DNA of 64,000 nt from Turneriella sp. (GTDB lineage: Bacteria > Spirochaetota > Leptospiria > Turneriellales > Turneriellaceae), in contig CBDIID010000003.1 in the NCBI GenBank assembly GCA_965279515.1, positions 4,672,001 to 4,736,000 of the forward strand, given 5' to 3'. How positions within the stretch are numbered: the first letter of the stretch is position 1; the number at the start of each line of letters is the position of its first letter. Of the stretch, positions 9,838-17,434 are shown in pieces. Below the pieces are notes generated by a model. The model had not been told where the DNA came from and searched no databases. It saw nothing but the letters and a program-made list of their open reading frames with translations. The translations under genes were made by a program, and so were the position numbers.

Positions 9838-11160
9838 ATGAGCACGCTCACCGCAACGTACCCGGGGTTTTTCACACGCATCAATGCGCGGTTATGGGCG
9901 AGCTTCACACGCCGCGGCATTCTGGCGGTTTTGACTTCAGTCATTCTCATCAGTTTTTATGTCATGCTCTACTGGTCGTACGACATCGATTCGCTGCTCG
10001 CCGACCGCCAGACATCGCGTATCTTTGCGCCACTTGATAAGAAGATCGCCGCGGCCGAGGCGGGGGGCCTTGCCGCCGCAACGGGGCTCAAAGACCAGAA
10101 GACCAAAATACTGCAGAGCATCAAGGAATCTGCAAAATTTTCCGCTGGCTACCATCCGTTTCTTCTGCCTGAAAACCGTATCTATGTGGATCGCCTGAAA
10201 CGGGTCAGTAAGCAACCCGTGTCTGCGATGCTCGATGGCTGGGCGGCGCTGTTAAATCCGCTTTCCAATTTTATGCGCAACCGCGACGCCGACCGCTGGT
10301 TTCTCTATGGTTTTCTCTATACGATACTGGTAGTCTTCATGGGTATACGTTTCTACCGGCGCTGGCGCCACGACCGCTACCAAAAGGTGCGCACGCTTTC
10401 GGTGATGGTCGTTCAGACGCTGCTTGCATTTATTTTACCGGGGCTCTTGCTCTATTTCAACACGAAGGAATTCTATTTCAGTTATTTCTGGCCGCTGAAG
10501 CTTGATTATTTCCTGCCTTCAACGTTCACGGACTACCCGCGGGCAATGGCGCTGTGGGCTGTCGGCATGGCATTCATAGCCGTGCCGGTGCTGACATACT
10601 TCTTTGGCAAGCGCTGGTATTGCTCCTGGGTCTGTGGCTGCGGTGCGCTTGCGAACACGATGGGTGATCCCTTCCGCCAGCTGTCGGATAAGTCGGAGCG
10701 CGCCTGGCTGATCGAACGCATTGTCATCTATTCCGTGCTGGCGATTACGGTTATCATGACGGGACTTATTTTTTTCAATGAATGGCGGGGCATAAACGAC
10801 GGCTTTGGCCAGTTTGTTTTCTCCTTAAAGCGTTGGTATGGCTTTTTCATCAGCGCGGGTTTTGCCGGTGTCATCGGTACGGGGTTTTATCCGCTGATGG
10901 GTACACGTGTGTGGTGCCGCTTCGGTTGCCCGCAGGCGGCGATTCTCGGCCTCTTGCAGGTTCTGTTCTCACGCTTCCGCATCACGACGAATGGCGGGCA
11001 GTGTATTGCCTGCGGCAACTGTTCAGCCAACTGTGAGATGGGCATCGATGTGCGTGCGTATGCGATGCAGGGCGAAGATATCAAACGCGCTTCGTGCGTC
11101 GGCTGCGGCCTCTGTATGTCAGTCTGCCCGCGCGGCGTGCTGAAATTAGAGAACGGATAA
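9838..11160 (+). CDS. Membrane-bound 4Fe-4S binding protein (NapH/YccM-like polyferredoxin)
   Basis: CSWVCGCG and CRFGCP membrane motifs, two C-terminal CxxCxxCxxxC motifs. Confidence 0.88.
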   Translation: MSTLTATYPGFFTRINARLWASFTRRGILAVLTSVILISFYVMLYWSYDIDSLLADRQTSRIFAPLDKKIAAAEAGGLAAATGLKDQKTKILQSIKESAKFSAGYHPFLLPENRIYVDRLKRVSKQPVSAMLDGWAALLNPLSNFMRNRDADRWFLYGFLYTILVVFMGIRFYRRWRHDRYQKVRTLSVMVVQTLLAFILPGLLLYFNTKEFYFSYFWPLKLDYFLPSTFTDYPRAMALWAVGMAFIAVPVLTYFFGKRWYCSWVCGCGALANTMGDPFRQLSDKSERAWLIERIVIYSVLAITVIMTGLIFFNEWRGINDGFGQFVFSLKRWYGFFISAGFAGVIGTGFYPLMGTRVWCRFGCPQAAILGLLQVLFSRFRITTNGGQCIACGNCSANCEMGIDVRAYAMQGEDIKRASCVGCGLCMSVCPRGVLKLENG

Positions 11161-11162
11161 TC

Positions 11163-11999
11163 TCATGCTTCGAAAGGCTCGCTAAGGCGAGGCTCCGCCG
11201 CAGCATGCCGGCTAAAAAGCAAAAATACGAATAGCGAAAAAATCTGCGTGAAACTCGTCGCGGCAAGCGCAGCCTCGACCCCAATATCGGCGCGACCCTT
11301 GTCGAAAAGCAGCATCGCATTCACGAGTGAGAAGGCGATGGCTGCGATAACGGCGAGCGGTTTCAATGCGCCTCGGTCGACGTTCCGCCCTCCATGGCTC
11401 CGTCGACCAGGGAACATCCCTGTTCCCTGCTCACGGTAGAGCAAAACTCCCGTAACAGCGATATTGAGCAGCAGTTGGATGACTCCCACGGCTAAGGGCG
11501 ATGTGTTCGCAGCAAAACTGAAATCGAGCCCTGCGTAGAGCGCAATGATGGTGAGTGCGGCCAGGCTGTATAAGCTGAGCGGAATGGCTTCTTTCCGCAG
11601 TAGATCCCGCCCATGCGCGTCGTATTGCCGCCGCACCTGCCAAAGCCATGCGGCGACCAGCGAAAAAGAATGCGTGGCGACCGAATGAACCCAGGCAAGC
11701 GTCAAGCTGTCGGTATCTGCGGGTGTGCGTTCGGCGGCGAGCATGACATGCCTGAGCAATGGTAGAAAACTTAACAGGTGCGGTATATGCATCAGAAAGG
11801 GAACGCGGCATACCTTGGTGCGCAGCGAGATAAAAATGGAAAAGCCCAACCACTGCAAATAGGTCGCGCCGAGATAGGCGAGCGGCAGCGCCTCACGCAA
11901 AAATACCTGCTTGGGAAGAAAATAAACCAGAACCAGGTGTGCGGCCAAAGCCCCGATCTGCAGGGGCAGGGCGGCGATGAATAGGATGGGTAGTTTCAA
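11163..11999 (-). CDS. Hypothetical polytopic membrane protein
   Basis: 278-aa hydrophobic ORF with TTG start right after the pgsA stop. Confidence 0.55.
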   Translation of the reverse strand: MKLPILFIAALPLQIGALAAHLVLVYFLPKQVFLREALPLAYLGATYLQWLGFSIFISLRTKVCRVPFLMHIPHLLSFLPLLRHVMLAAERTPADTDSLTLAWVHSVATHSFSLVAAWLWQVRRQYDAHGRDLLRKEAIPLSLYSLAALTIIALYAGLDFSFAANTSPLAVGVIQLLLNIAVTGVLLYREQGTGMFPGRRSHGGRNVDRGALKPLAVIAAIAFSLVNAMLLFDKGRADIGVEAALAATSFTQIFSLFVFLLFSRHAAAEPRLSEPFEA

Positions 12000-12000
12000 G

Positions 12001-12558
12001 TTACCCTTTTAGTATCGTGCGGCCATAGGTCTTTGCGTAAGCAAAAATACCGCCGGCAAACACAAACAGCAGGGGTGGAATCGTATATTCGCGGAATGGC
12101 CAGTTGAAAAGGTAAAAAAGCCCCGAAAGCGAAATCATACCCACGCCGAATTTACCCCAGTAGTTAGGTTTACCCAGGACGTTACGCTTAATCAGCAGAA
12201 AACCGCCCCCCACAGTACCGATAATTTCGCGCAGGGCGACGATGATGGTTACCCACAGCGGGTAGTCGCGGTAGATGACGAGCAGAAAAAGCCCCGCCAC
12301 AATCACGATCTTGTCAGCGATCGGATCGAGGTATTGCCCGAGCGGGGTTTCCTGGCCGAGTTTGCGCGCGAGATAGCCGTCGAGGTAGTCGGTCAGCGTC
12401 ATGAACGCAAGTGTCAGCGCTGTGTAGAGGCGGATGCTTTCGATATCGTGTGGGTGCGCGAGAATATACCAGAGCGCGGGTATGCCGAGAATGCGCGAAA
12501 GCGAAAGAACGTTGGAAATCGTCAGGATCCGGTAGGTGAAGAGTTCCCGGACCGTCAT
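12001..12558 (-). CDS. pgsA: CDP-alcohol phosphatidyltransferase (PgsA-like)
   Basis: TDYLDGYLARK...GQYLDPIADK signature. Confidence 0.88.
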   Translation of the reverse strand: MTVRELFTYRILTISNVLSLSRILGIPALWYILAHPHDIESIRLYTALTLAFMTLTDYLDGYLARKLGQETPLGQYLDPIADKIVIVAGLFLLVIYRDYPLWVTIIVALREIIGTVGGGFLLIKRNVLGKPNYWGKFGVGMISLSGLFYLFNWPFREYTIPPLLFVFAGGIFAYAKTYGRTILKG

Positions 12559-12670
12559 CGGCCAACCCCTCCCTGGGTGCCGATGACCCGGTCACGTCGT
12601 GCGACACTGGTCATCTGCCAACCCCTCCGTGACCACTATTGACCTCAGTACACCTTGCACTTTCGGTCAT
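12555..12670 (-). repeat. Tandem 56-nt units, each a hairpin plus a 19-codon mini-ORF
   Basis: Both units read ATGACC-N20-GGTCA-N11-GGAGGGGTTGGC(A/C)G; ORFs 12611-12670 and 12555-12614. Confidence 0.75.
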
Positions 12671-12684
12671 CTGTGGATACTAAC

Positions 12685-13956
12685 TCACTTAATCGCGATA
12701 GTATTGGCGCGGCCCGGCCCTACGGAGATCCAGGCGATCGGTACGCCACAATACTTCGCGAGTGCGTCGACATATTTGCGCGCGTTCTTCGGCAGGTTTT
12801 TCAGCTTCGTGATATGGCTTGTGGGCTCTTGCCAGCCGGGAAATTCTTCGTAGATGACTTTGACATCGCCCACACCGCATGAGGGAAAATAATCAATGCG
12901 TTTGCCGCCAAGCTCATACCCCGTTGCGACCTTAATCGTTTTAAGGTCGTCGAGCACGTCGATTTTTGTGAGTGCCAGTGCGGATAGCCCGTTGATACGC
13001 GCCGCGTGGCGCACGACTTCGACGTCGAACCAGCCGCAGCGGCGCGGGCGGCCCGTGACACTGCCGAATTCATTGCCGGCTTTGCGCAAATTATCGCCTT
13101 CTTCGCCAAAAATTTCCGTGGGATAAGGGCCTTCGCCGACGCGCGTCGAGTATGCCTTCGCGATGCCAATGACGCTCTTCAGGTAGCGGAAAGAAACGCC
13201 GCTGCCCGAAAGCGCGCCGCCGGTTGTCGGGTTAGAACTTGTCACATAGGGATACGTGCCGAAATCGAGGTCGAGCATCGTGCCCTGCGCACCTTCGAGC
13301 AGCACACGTTTGCCCGAGGCCAGCTCCATGTTGAGGTAATAGGGACAGTTGACGATCATGTCGCGCAGTTTTTCACGCAGATCGAGCAGCTTTTCTTTCA
13401 TCTGCTTGAGATCCGTCGGCGGTGCGTCGTACATACGCGTTAAAAGTTTATTCTTCTGCTCGACGAGGCGGGGCAGAATGTTTTCAAAAAAATCGTCGCT
13501 GTAGAGCATGCCGATACGGATACCCTGGCGGTTCACCTTATCGGAATAGCAGGCGCCGATGCCGCGCTTGGTTGTGCCGATCTTATGCACGCCCGAAGCC
13601 TCTTCGCTGCGCACGTCAATTTCCTTATGGTAGGGCATGAGCAGGTGCGCATTGTCGGCAATACGCAGGCGGCCGGCGGGATTAACTCCCTTGGCTTCGA
13701 GTTCAGCGATCTCCTGGAACATCGCATCGGGGTCGATCACCATGCCGCCGCCGAGCACGCAGATGGTGCGCGGGTATAGAATACCGCTGGGAATTAAACG
13801 GAAAATATACTTGTCTTCGCCAACCTTAACCGTGTGCCCCGCGTTCGCCCCGCCCTGGTAACGGACGACGATCTCGGTTTCTTTGGCCAGGTAATCGATG
13901 ACCTTGGCTTTACCTTCGTCGCCCCACTGTGTACCGACGATGAGGGTTGCTGGCAT
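12685..13956 (-). CDS. purA: Adenylosuccinate synthetase
   Basis: QWGDEGK, GGANAGHT, EGAQG, TGRPRRCGWFD; true start MPATLIVG at 13956. Confidence 0.97.
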   Translation of the reverse strand: MPATLIVGTQWGDEGKAKVIDYLAKETEIVVRYQGGANAGHTVKVGEDKYIFRLIPSGILYPRTICVLGGGMVIDPDAMFQEIAELEAKGVNPAGRLRIADNAHLLMPYHKEIDVRSEEASGVHKIGTTKRGIGACYSDKVNRQGIRIGMLYSDDFFENILPRLVEQKNKLLTRMYDAPPTDLKQMKEKLLDLREKLRDMIVNCPYYLNMELASGKRVLLEGAQGTMLDLDFGTYPYVTSSNPTTGGALSGSGVSFRYLKSVIGIAKAYSTRVGEGPYPTEIFGEEGDNLRKAGNEFGSVTGRPRRCGWFDVEVVRHAARINGLSALALTKIDVLDDLKTIKVATGYELGGKRIDYFPSCGVGDVKVIYEEFPGWQEPTSHITKLKNLPKNARKYVDALAKYCGVPIAWISVGPGRANTIAIK

Positions 13957-13957
13957 A

Positions 13958-14494
13958 TCAGTTCTTCTGTGTGCCAGCCGTGTTGGCGGCTTCGGCTGCT
14001 GCTGCCTTTTCGGCTTTTTCGAATTTATAGAATGCAATCGCCAGCAGAAAGGCACCAACGCAGATAAAGGCATCAGCGACGTTAAAAATAAACCAGCGGA
14101 ACGAGCCAAAGCGCACATCGATGAAGTCGACCACGCCGGGGGTTGCACCGTAAAAACGGTCAGTGAAGTTGCCGAGCGCACCGCCGAGAATCGCGGCAAT
14201 CGCCAAGGTAAAAATCTGCGAACCCTCAGGGCTGCGGTAGTAATAGTAAAGAAGGAACAGGATAGCAAAACCGGTCAGAATCTGGAAAATCCAGGCATGG
14301 CCCTGCATCATGCCGAAAACGCCGCCTTCATTGCGCGTCAGCGTAAAGAACAGGAAGTTACCGAGAATCGCTTCGCTCTGGCCCTGGGCCTTGAAGTGTT
14401 TTAAAATCCACAGTTTCGAGAGTAAATCCGACACATAGACAAGAATGAGTACCGTAAAAAACGGAGGAGTAAATTTTGTGCGCCAGCGTGACAT
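13958..14494 (-). CDS. lspA: Signal peptidase II
   Basis: RNEGGVFG, GGALGNFTDR, VVDFID, FNVADAFI. Confidence 0.95.
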   Translation of the reverse strand: MSRWRTKFTPPFFTVLILVYVSDLLSKLWILKHFKAQGQSEAILGNFLFFTLTRNEGGVFGMMQGHAWIFQILTGFAILFLLYYYYRSPEGSQIFTLAIAAILGGALGNFTDRFYGATPGVVDFIDVRFGSFRWFIFNVADAFICVGAFLLAIAFYKFEKAEKAAAAEAANTAGTQKN

Positions 14495-14542
14495 CAAGGC
14501 AGCCTTGGTCCGCGAAATACGGCTACAAGCCGTAAATGGCGG

Positions 14543-15808
14543 CTAATAGCCGTAAACAAAGTGCAGGTAACGCGAGCCCGCCGGGCCGAAGCGGTAAGCG
14601 TAGGGCCAGCTTTTCCCCGCCGATGCCTTGAGCTCGCCTCCGGTAAATGCAGCAAAATAAGTGTCGATCATCGTATAACCCGCCGCAGCTTTGATGGCGA
14701 TAAAAGTATGGGTATGCGACGTTGCTGAATGTCCGTCACGCAGCAGTGTAAGCGCCGGCGCCCGCACGTAGAGGCGGTCGATGAGGCTGAAATCCGTGGG
14801 GAAGGCCGCGCTGCGGCTGAAATCAAAAGCCTGAATGGCGTTGGCAGGCAGGTATGGCGTCACCAGCGCGGGGCCGCTCACAAGCCAGACAAAGTTGCGT
14901 CCCCCCGAGTCGACGGTGATATTCCCTGCAACAATATGCCGGATATAGTAGAGCGGGAAATCCGGGAATTCGGGAAGTTCACTGTCACCCAGGGACATCC
15001 GCCTCGCTTCGCTATAGAGGTAGCGGGCGACAATCGTACACGCCTCGGCTGCGGTGGTTATATTGTCTTGGGCGAGAAATCTCTGCCGCATTGCAGGCTG
15101 CGGCATCAGCGCCGCGTTCTGGAGCACACGCAGTTTGGCTTCGTCCATGAGCGCGGCGAGACCGTCTGCGCTTGTCTGGCTGTAGCGCTGCGTGGCGCGC
15201 GTGGCAAAGCCTGCAATTTCCGCTGCATCCAGATTGCGGGGAGATGGAATTGTGAGCGGCGGGTTTATGGTATAATGCAGCTCTTCGCCCGCTGTGCATT
15301 CGCTGCCGCTGCATTGCCGCACCCGGAGAGTCTGCGTCTCTGAAACGGCGATACCGGTTTCAGCGTCGTAAGGAAAAAATTCTTCGCCCATCGCGACTTC
15401 GACGCGGCTGTTTTGGACTGTTGATTCCAGGGCGACGGTAACGGGGTGCGTAAATATTCCGGGAGGCGGATAAATTTTGAGCGGCGGAAATGTATTGACC
15501 AGGGTATAAACCTCCGTGGCGGCGAGCGCGTGGTCGTTCGTATCACGTACAGTCACTGTGGTTGTAGCCGTCAGCGCCAGCGAATCGGCCTTCAGCAGCG
15601 TAAACGCCGCGCCCGTCGAATATTCCCAGCCGGGGGAATAATTCAGGATCTGGACATCGATGCCTTTGTAATAGGTACCGCCGGGCGGTGCCATCAGGGG
15701 TTTACGGCGTTCGCGTTCTTCGGCGGCGACAACCGTGGGGTTGCGGTCCGTGCGCCCGGAGCAGGAAATGCCCAGGGCGGCGATGAGAAAGATACTGGTA
15801 TACTTCAT
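14543..15808 (-). CDS. Putative lipoprotein with Fn3-associated/chitobiase C-terminal-like domain and uncharacterised C-terminal domain
   Basis: Lipobox LGISC; PPLKIYPPPGIFTHPVTVAL...SETQTLRVR. Confidence 0.65.
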   Translation of the reverse strand: MKYTSIFLIAALGISCSGRTDRNPTVVAAEERERRKPLMAPPGGTYYKGIDVQILNYSPGWEYSTGAAFTLLKADSLALTATTTVTVRDTNDHALAATEVYTLVNTFPPLKIYPPPGIFTHPVTVALESTVQNSRVEVAMGEEFFPYDAETGIAVSETQTLRVRQCSGSECTAGEELHYTINPPLTIPSPRNLDAAEIAGFATRATQRYSQTSADGLAALMDEAKLRVLQNAALMPQPAMRQRFLAQDNITTAAEACTIVARYLYSEARRMSLGDSELPEFPDFPLYYIRHIVAGNITVDSGGRNFVWLVSGPALVTPYLPANAIQAFDFSRSAAFPTDFSLIDRLYVRAPALTLLRDGHSATSHTHTFIAIKAAAGYTMIDTYFAAFTGGELKASAGKSWPYAYRFGPAGSRYLHFVYGY

Positions 15809-15869
15809 ATTCCCTCTGTAATATAAATACCAGGGAAGTGGTTCTTTTTCTCAGTTTTTCCGAATTTTC

Positions 15870-16931
15870 TTAAGCCTCAAGGCCGCTGTTTTCGCTGTTG
15901 CGGATGTCTTCGAAGAGGTAATAGTTCGACAGCAGTATGTCGACGAGTTTTCCTTCGAAGGCAATGCCGCGTTTTTCCCTGAAGAACTCCTGTACCTTTT
16001 CCCGGGGCCAGGCATCCTTATAAACGCGTTTCTCTGTCAGCGCGTCATAGACATCGACGATGCCGACAATGCGCGCGGCAAGCGGACATTCATCGCCCTT
16101 AAGCCCTCCGGGATATCCCTTGCCATCCCAGCGTTCATGGTGCCTGAGCGCCACCGTGTGTGCCATACGCAGCAGGGGATCTTTAGAGCCGCTGAGAATC
16201 TGCCCGCCCAGAACCGGGTGTGTTTTCATGATCTCAAATTCTTCAGGCGTTAAGGGCCCGGGTTTTTTGAGGATTGCATCGGGGATAGCCAGCTTACCGA
16301 TATCGTGGAGCACCGCCGCTTCGCCGAGTTCTTCGGCGAAAGCACCCGGGCAATCGAGCAGATTGGCCATGAGACGGCTGAAACGGCCGATGCGCCTGAT
16401 GTGGCTGCCCGTTTCGATATGGTGGAGATCCGAAGTCATGACGAAGAGACGCGAAAATTCCCGCGCTGTCTCTTTGCTGCCTGTGCGCTCCTGGTCGAGT
16501 TTCATTTTTCTGAGCGCGTACGTGAGCTGTGATTTCAATTCAGGAATACGAAAGGGTTTTTGTACATAACCTACGGCGCCGCGCATGATCGCTTCATCGA
16601 TAATCTGCTCGTGCGTCATGCCGCTGAGAACAATGACATTAACGGGAAGCCTTTCTTCGCGGATGCGCGTCATCAGGTCGAAGCCGTCCATCGCCGGCAT
16701 ATCGAGGTCAGTCAGCACGATAAAAGGAGAGCCAGCTCTCAGTATCTGCAATGCGGCGTTGCCATCGGCTGCTTCAGCGACCTTGCAGCCCCAGGCAGAG
16801 AGCGTCAGGCGGAGGGATTTCCGGATCGCGGCTTCATCGTCGACCACCAAAACCGGTGTCGACGAATATAGCGCTGAAAAAATCTCTGTAGCAGTCCTCG
16901 TTTCTTCCCCGAGGATTTGTGCGATGGTCAT
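15870..16931 (-). CDS. REC + HD-GYP response regulator (c-di-GMP phosphodiesterase)
   Basis: VLVVDD..DLDMP..KP receiver; HDIGK, HHERWDGKGYP. Confidence 0.93.
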   Translation of the reverse strand: MTIAQILGEETRTATEIFSALYSSTPVLVVDDEAAIRKSLRLTLSAWGCKVAEAADGNAALQILRAGSPFIVLTDLDMPAMDGFDLMTRIREERLPVNVIVLSGMTHEQIIDEAIMRGAVGYVQKPFRIPELKSQLTYALRKMKLDQERTGSKETAREFSRLFVMTSDLHHIETGSHIRRIGRFSRLMANLLDCPGAFAEELGEAAVLHDIGKLAIPDAILKKPGPLTPEEFEIMKTHPVLGGQILSGSKDPLLRMAHTVALRHHERWDGKGYPGGLKGDECPLAARIVGIVDVYDALTEKRVYKDAWPREKVQEFFREKRGIAFEGKLVDILLSNYYLFEDIRNSENSGLEA

Positions 16932-16960
16932 GGGTTGTATGAAGACTAAATTTCCGGAAA

Positions 16961-17004
16961 GTTCAATTCGCGTATTTACACGACCGGCTTCGTAGATTTA
17001 CCGA
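16961..17004 (-). promoter_or_regulatory. Regulator box TCGGTAAATCTACGAA plus TTGAAC -35-like element for the HD-GYP gene
   Basis: Box 17004-16989 starts 38 nt before TTGAAC (16966), the same spacing as three other copies. Confidence 0.6.
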
Positions 17005-17040
17005 GGTTTCCGTCGCCAGGGCCGGATTACCTAATTTCCC

Positions 17041-17107
17041 TAGGTATCCCTACCGAGAGGGGGGTGTAGGCCTCACAATTGACTTCGGCGCGATTCCGGG
17101 TTAAAAC
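17041..17107 (+). promoter_or_regulatory. Regulator box TAGGTATCCCTACCGA plus promoter of the chemosensory operon
   Basis: Box 17041-17056; TTGACT 17079, 17 nt, TAAAAC 17102. Confidence 0.7.
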
Positions 17108-17125
17108 CAGCGCATTGGAGGCCAT

Positions 17126-17434
17126 GTGAACTTCTTCAGAAAAACAAACACTGCCTATATTACCCTCGAGCCCCCCGATTTTTCGGTCGCGGCCGCCAAA
17201 CTCTGGAGCAACATGCTCTACACCATGGAAGGGCACAACGTCACGCAGGTGACGGTACGGCTCTACGACGCCAGCGATATTTCATTGCGCACGCTTTCGG
17301 TAGTCATTTCCCTCGGGCTCAAGCTGCAGGGTGATGCGGTGGCCATGGAACTTGAGGCATCGCACCGGATTATCAATATCATCCGCAAGCTGAATCTGGC
17401 GTCGGCATTCACAAGGCTGACAGAGGTTGCCTGA
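17126..17434 (+). CDS. STAS/anti-sigma-antagonist-like protein
   Basis: GGAGG RBS then GTG; DASDISLRTLSVVI...IINIIRKLNL resembles a STAS fold; TGATG coupling to cheA. Confidence 0.55.
   Translation: MNFFRKTNTAYITLEPPDFSVAAAKLWSNMLYTMEGHNVTQVTVRLYDASDISLRTLSVVISLGLKLQGDAVAMELEASHRIINIIRKLNLASAFTRLTEVA

Noticed and set aside
12554..12673. Mini-CRISPR or integron attC reading of the tandem units (19-nt repeat, 37-nt spacer)
   Set aside because: Only two full copies, repeat too short and made of SD plus start codon, the spacers share their own motif, no cas or intI gene, no RYYYAAC...GTTRRRY pair
13957..14268. N-terminal extension of PurA
   Set aside because: Off-frame overlap with lspA; PurA homology starts at 13956
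15851..15863. TCAGTTTTTCCGA (and TAGGATTTTCCGT near 52677) as extra regulator boxes
   Set aside because: They lack the invariant GTA-N3-CTAC core and the 38-nt spacing to a -35 element
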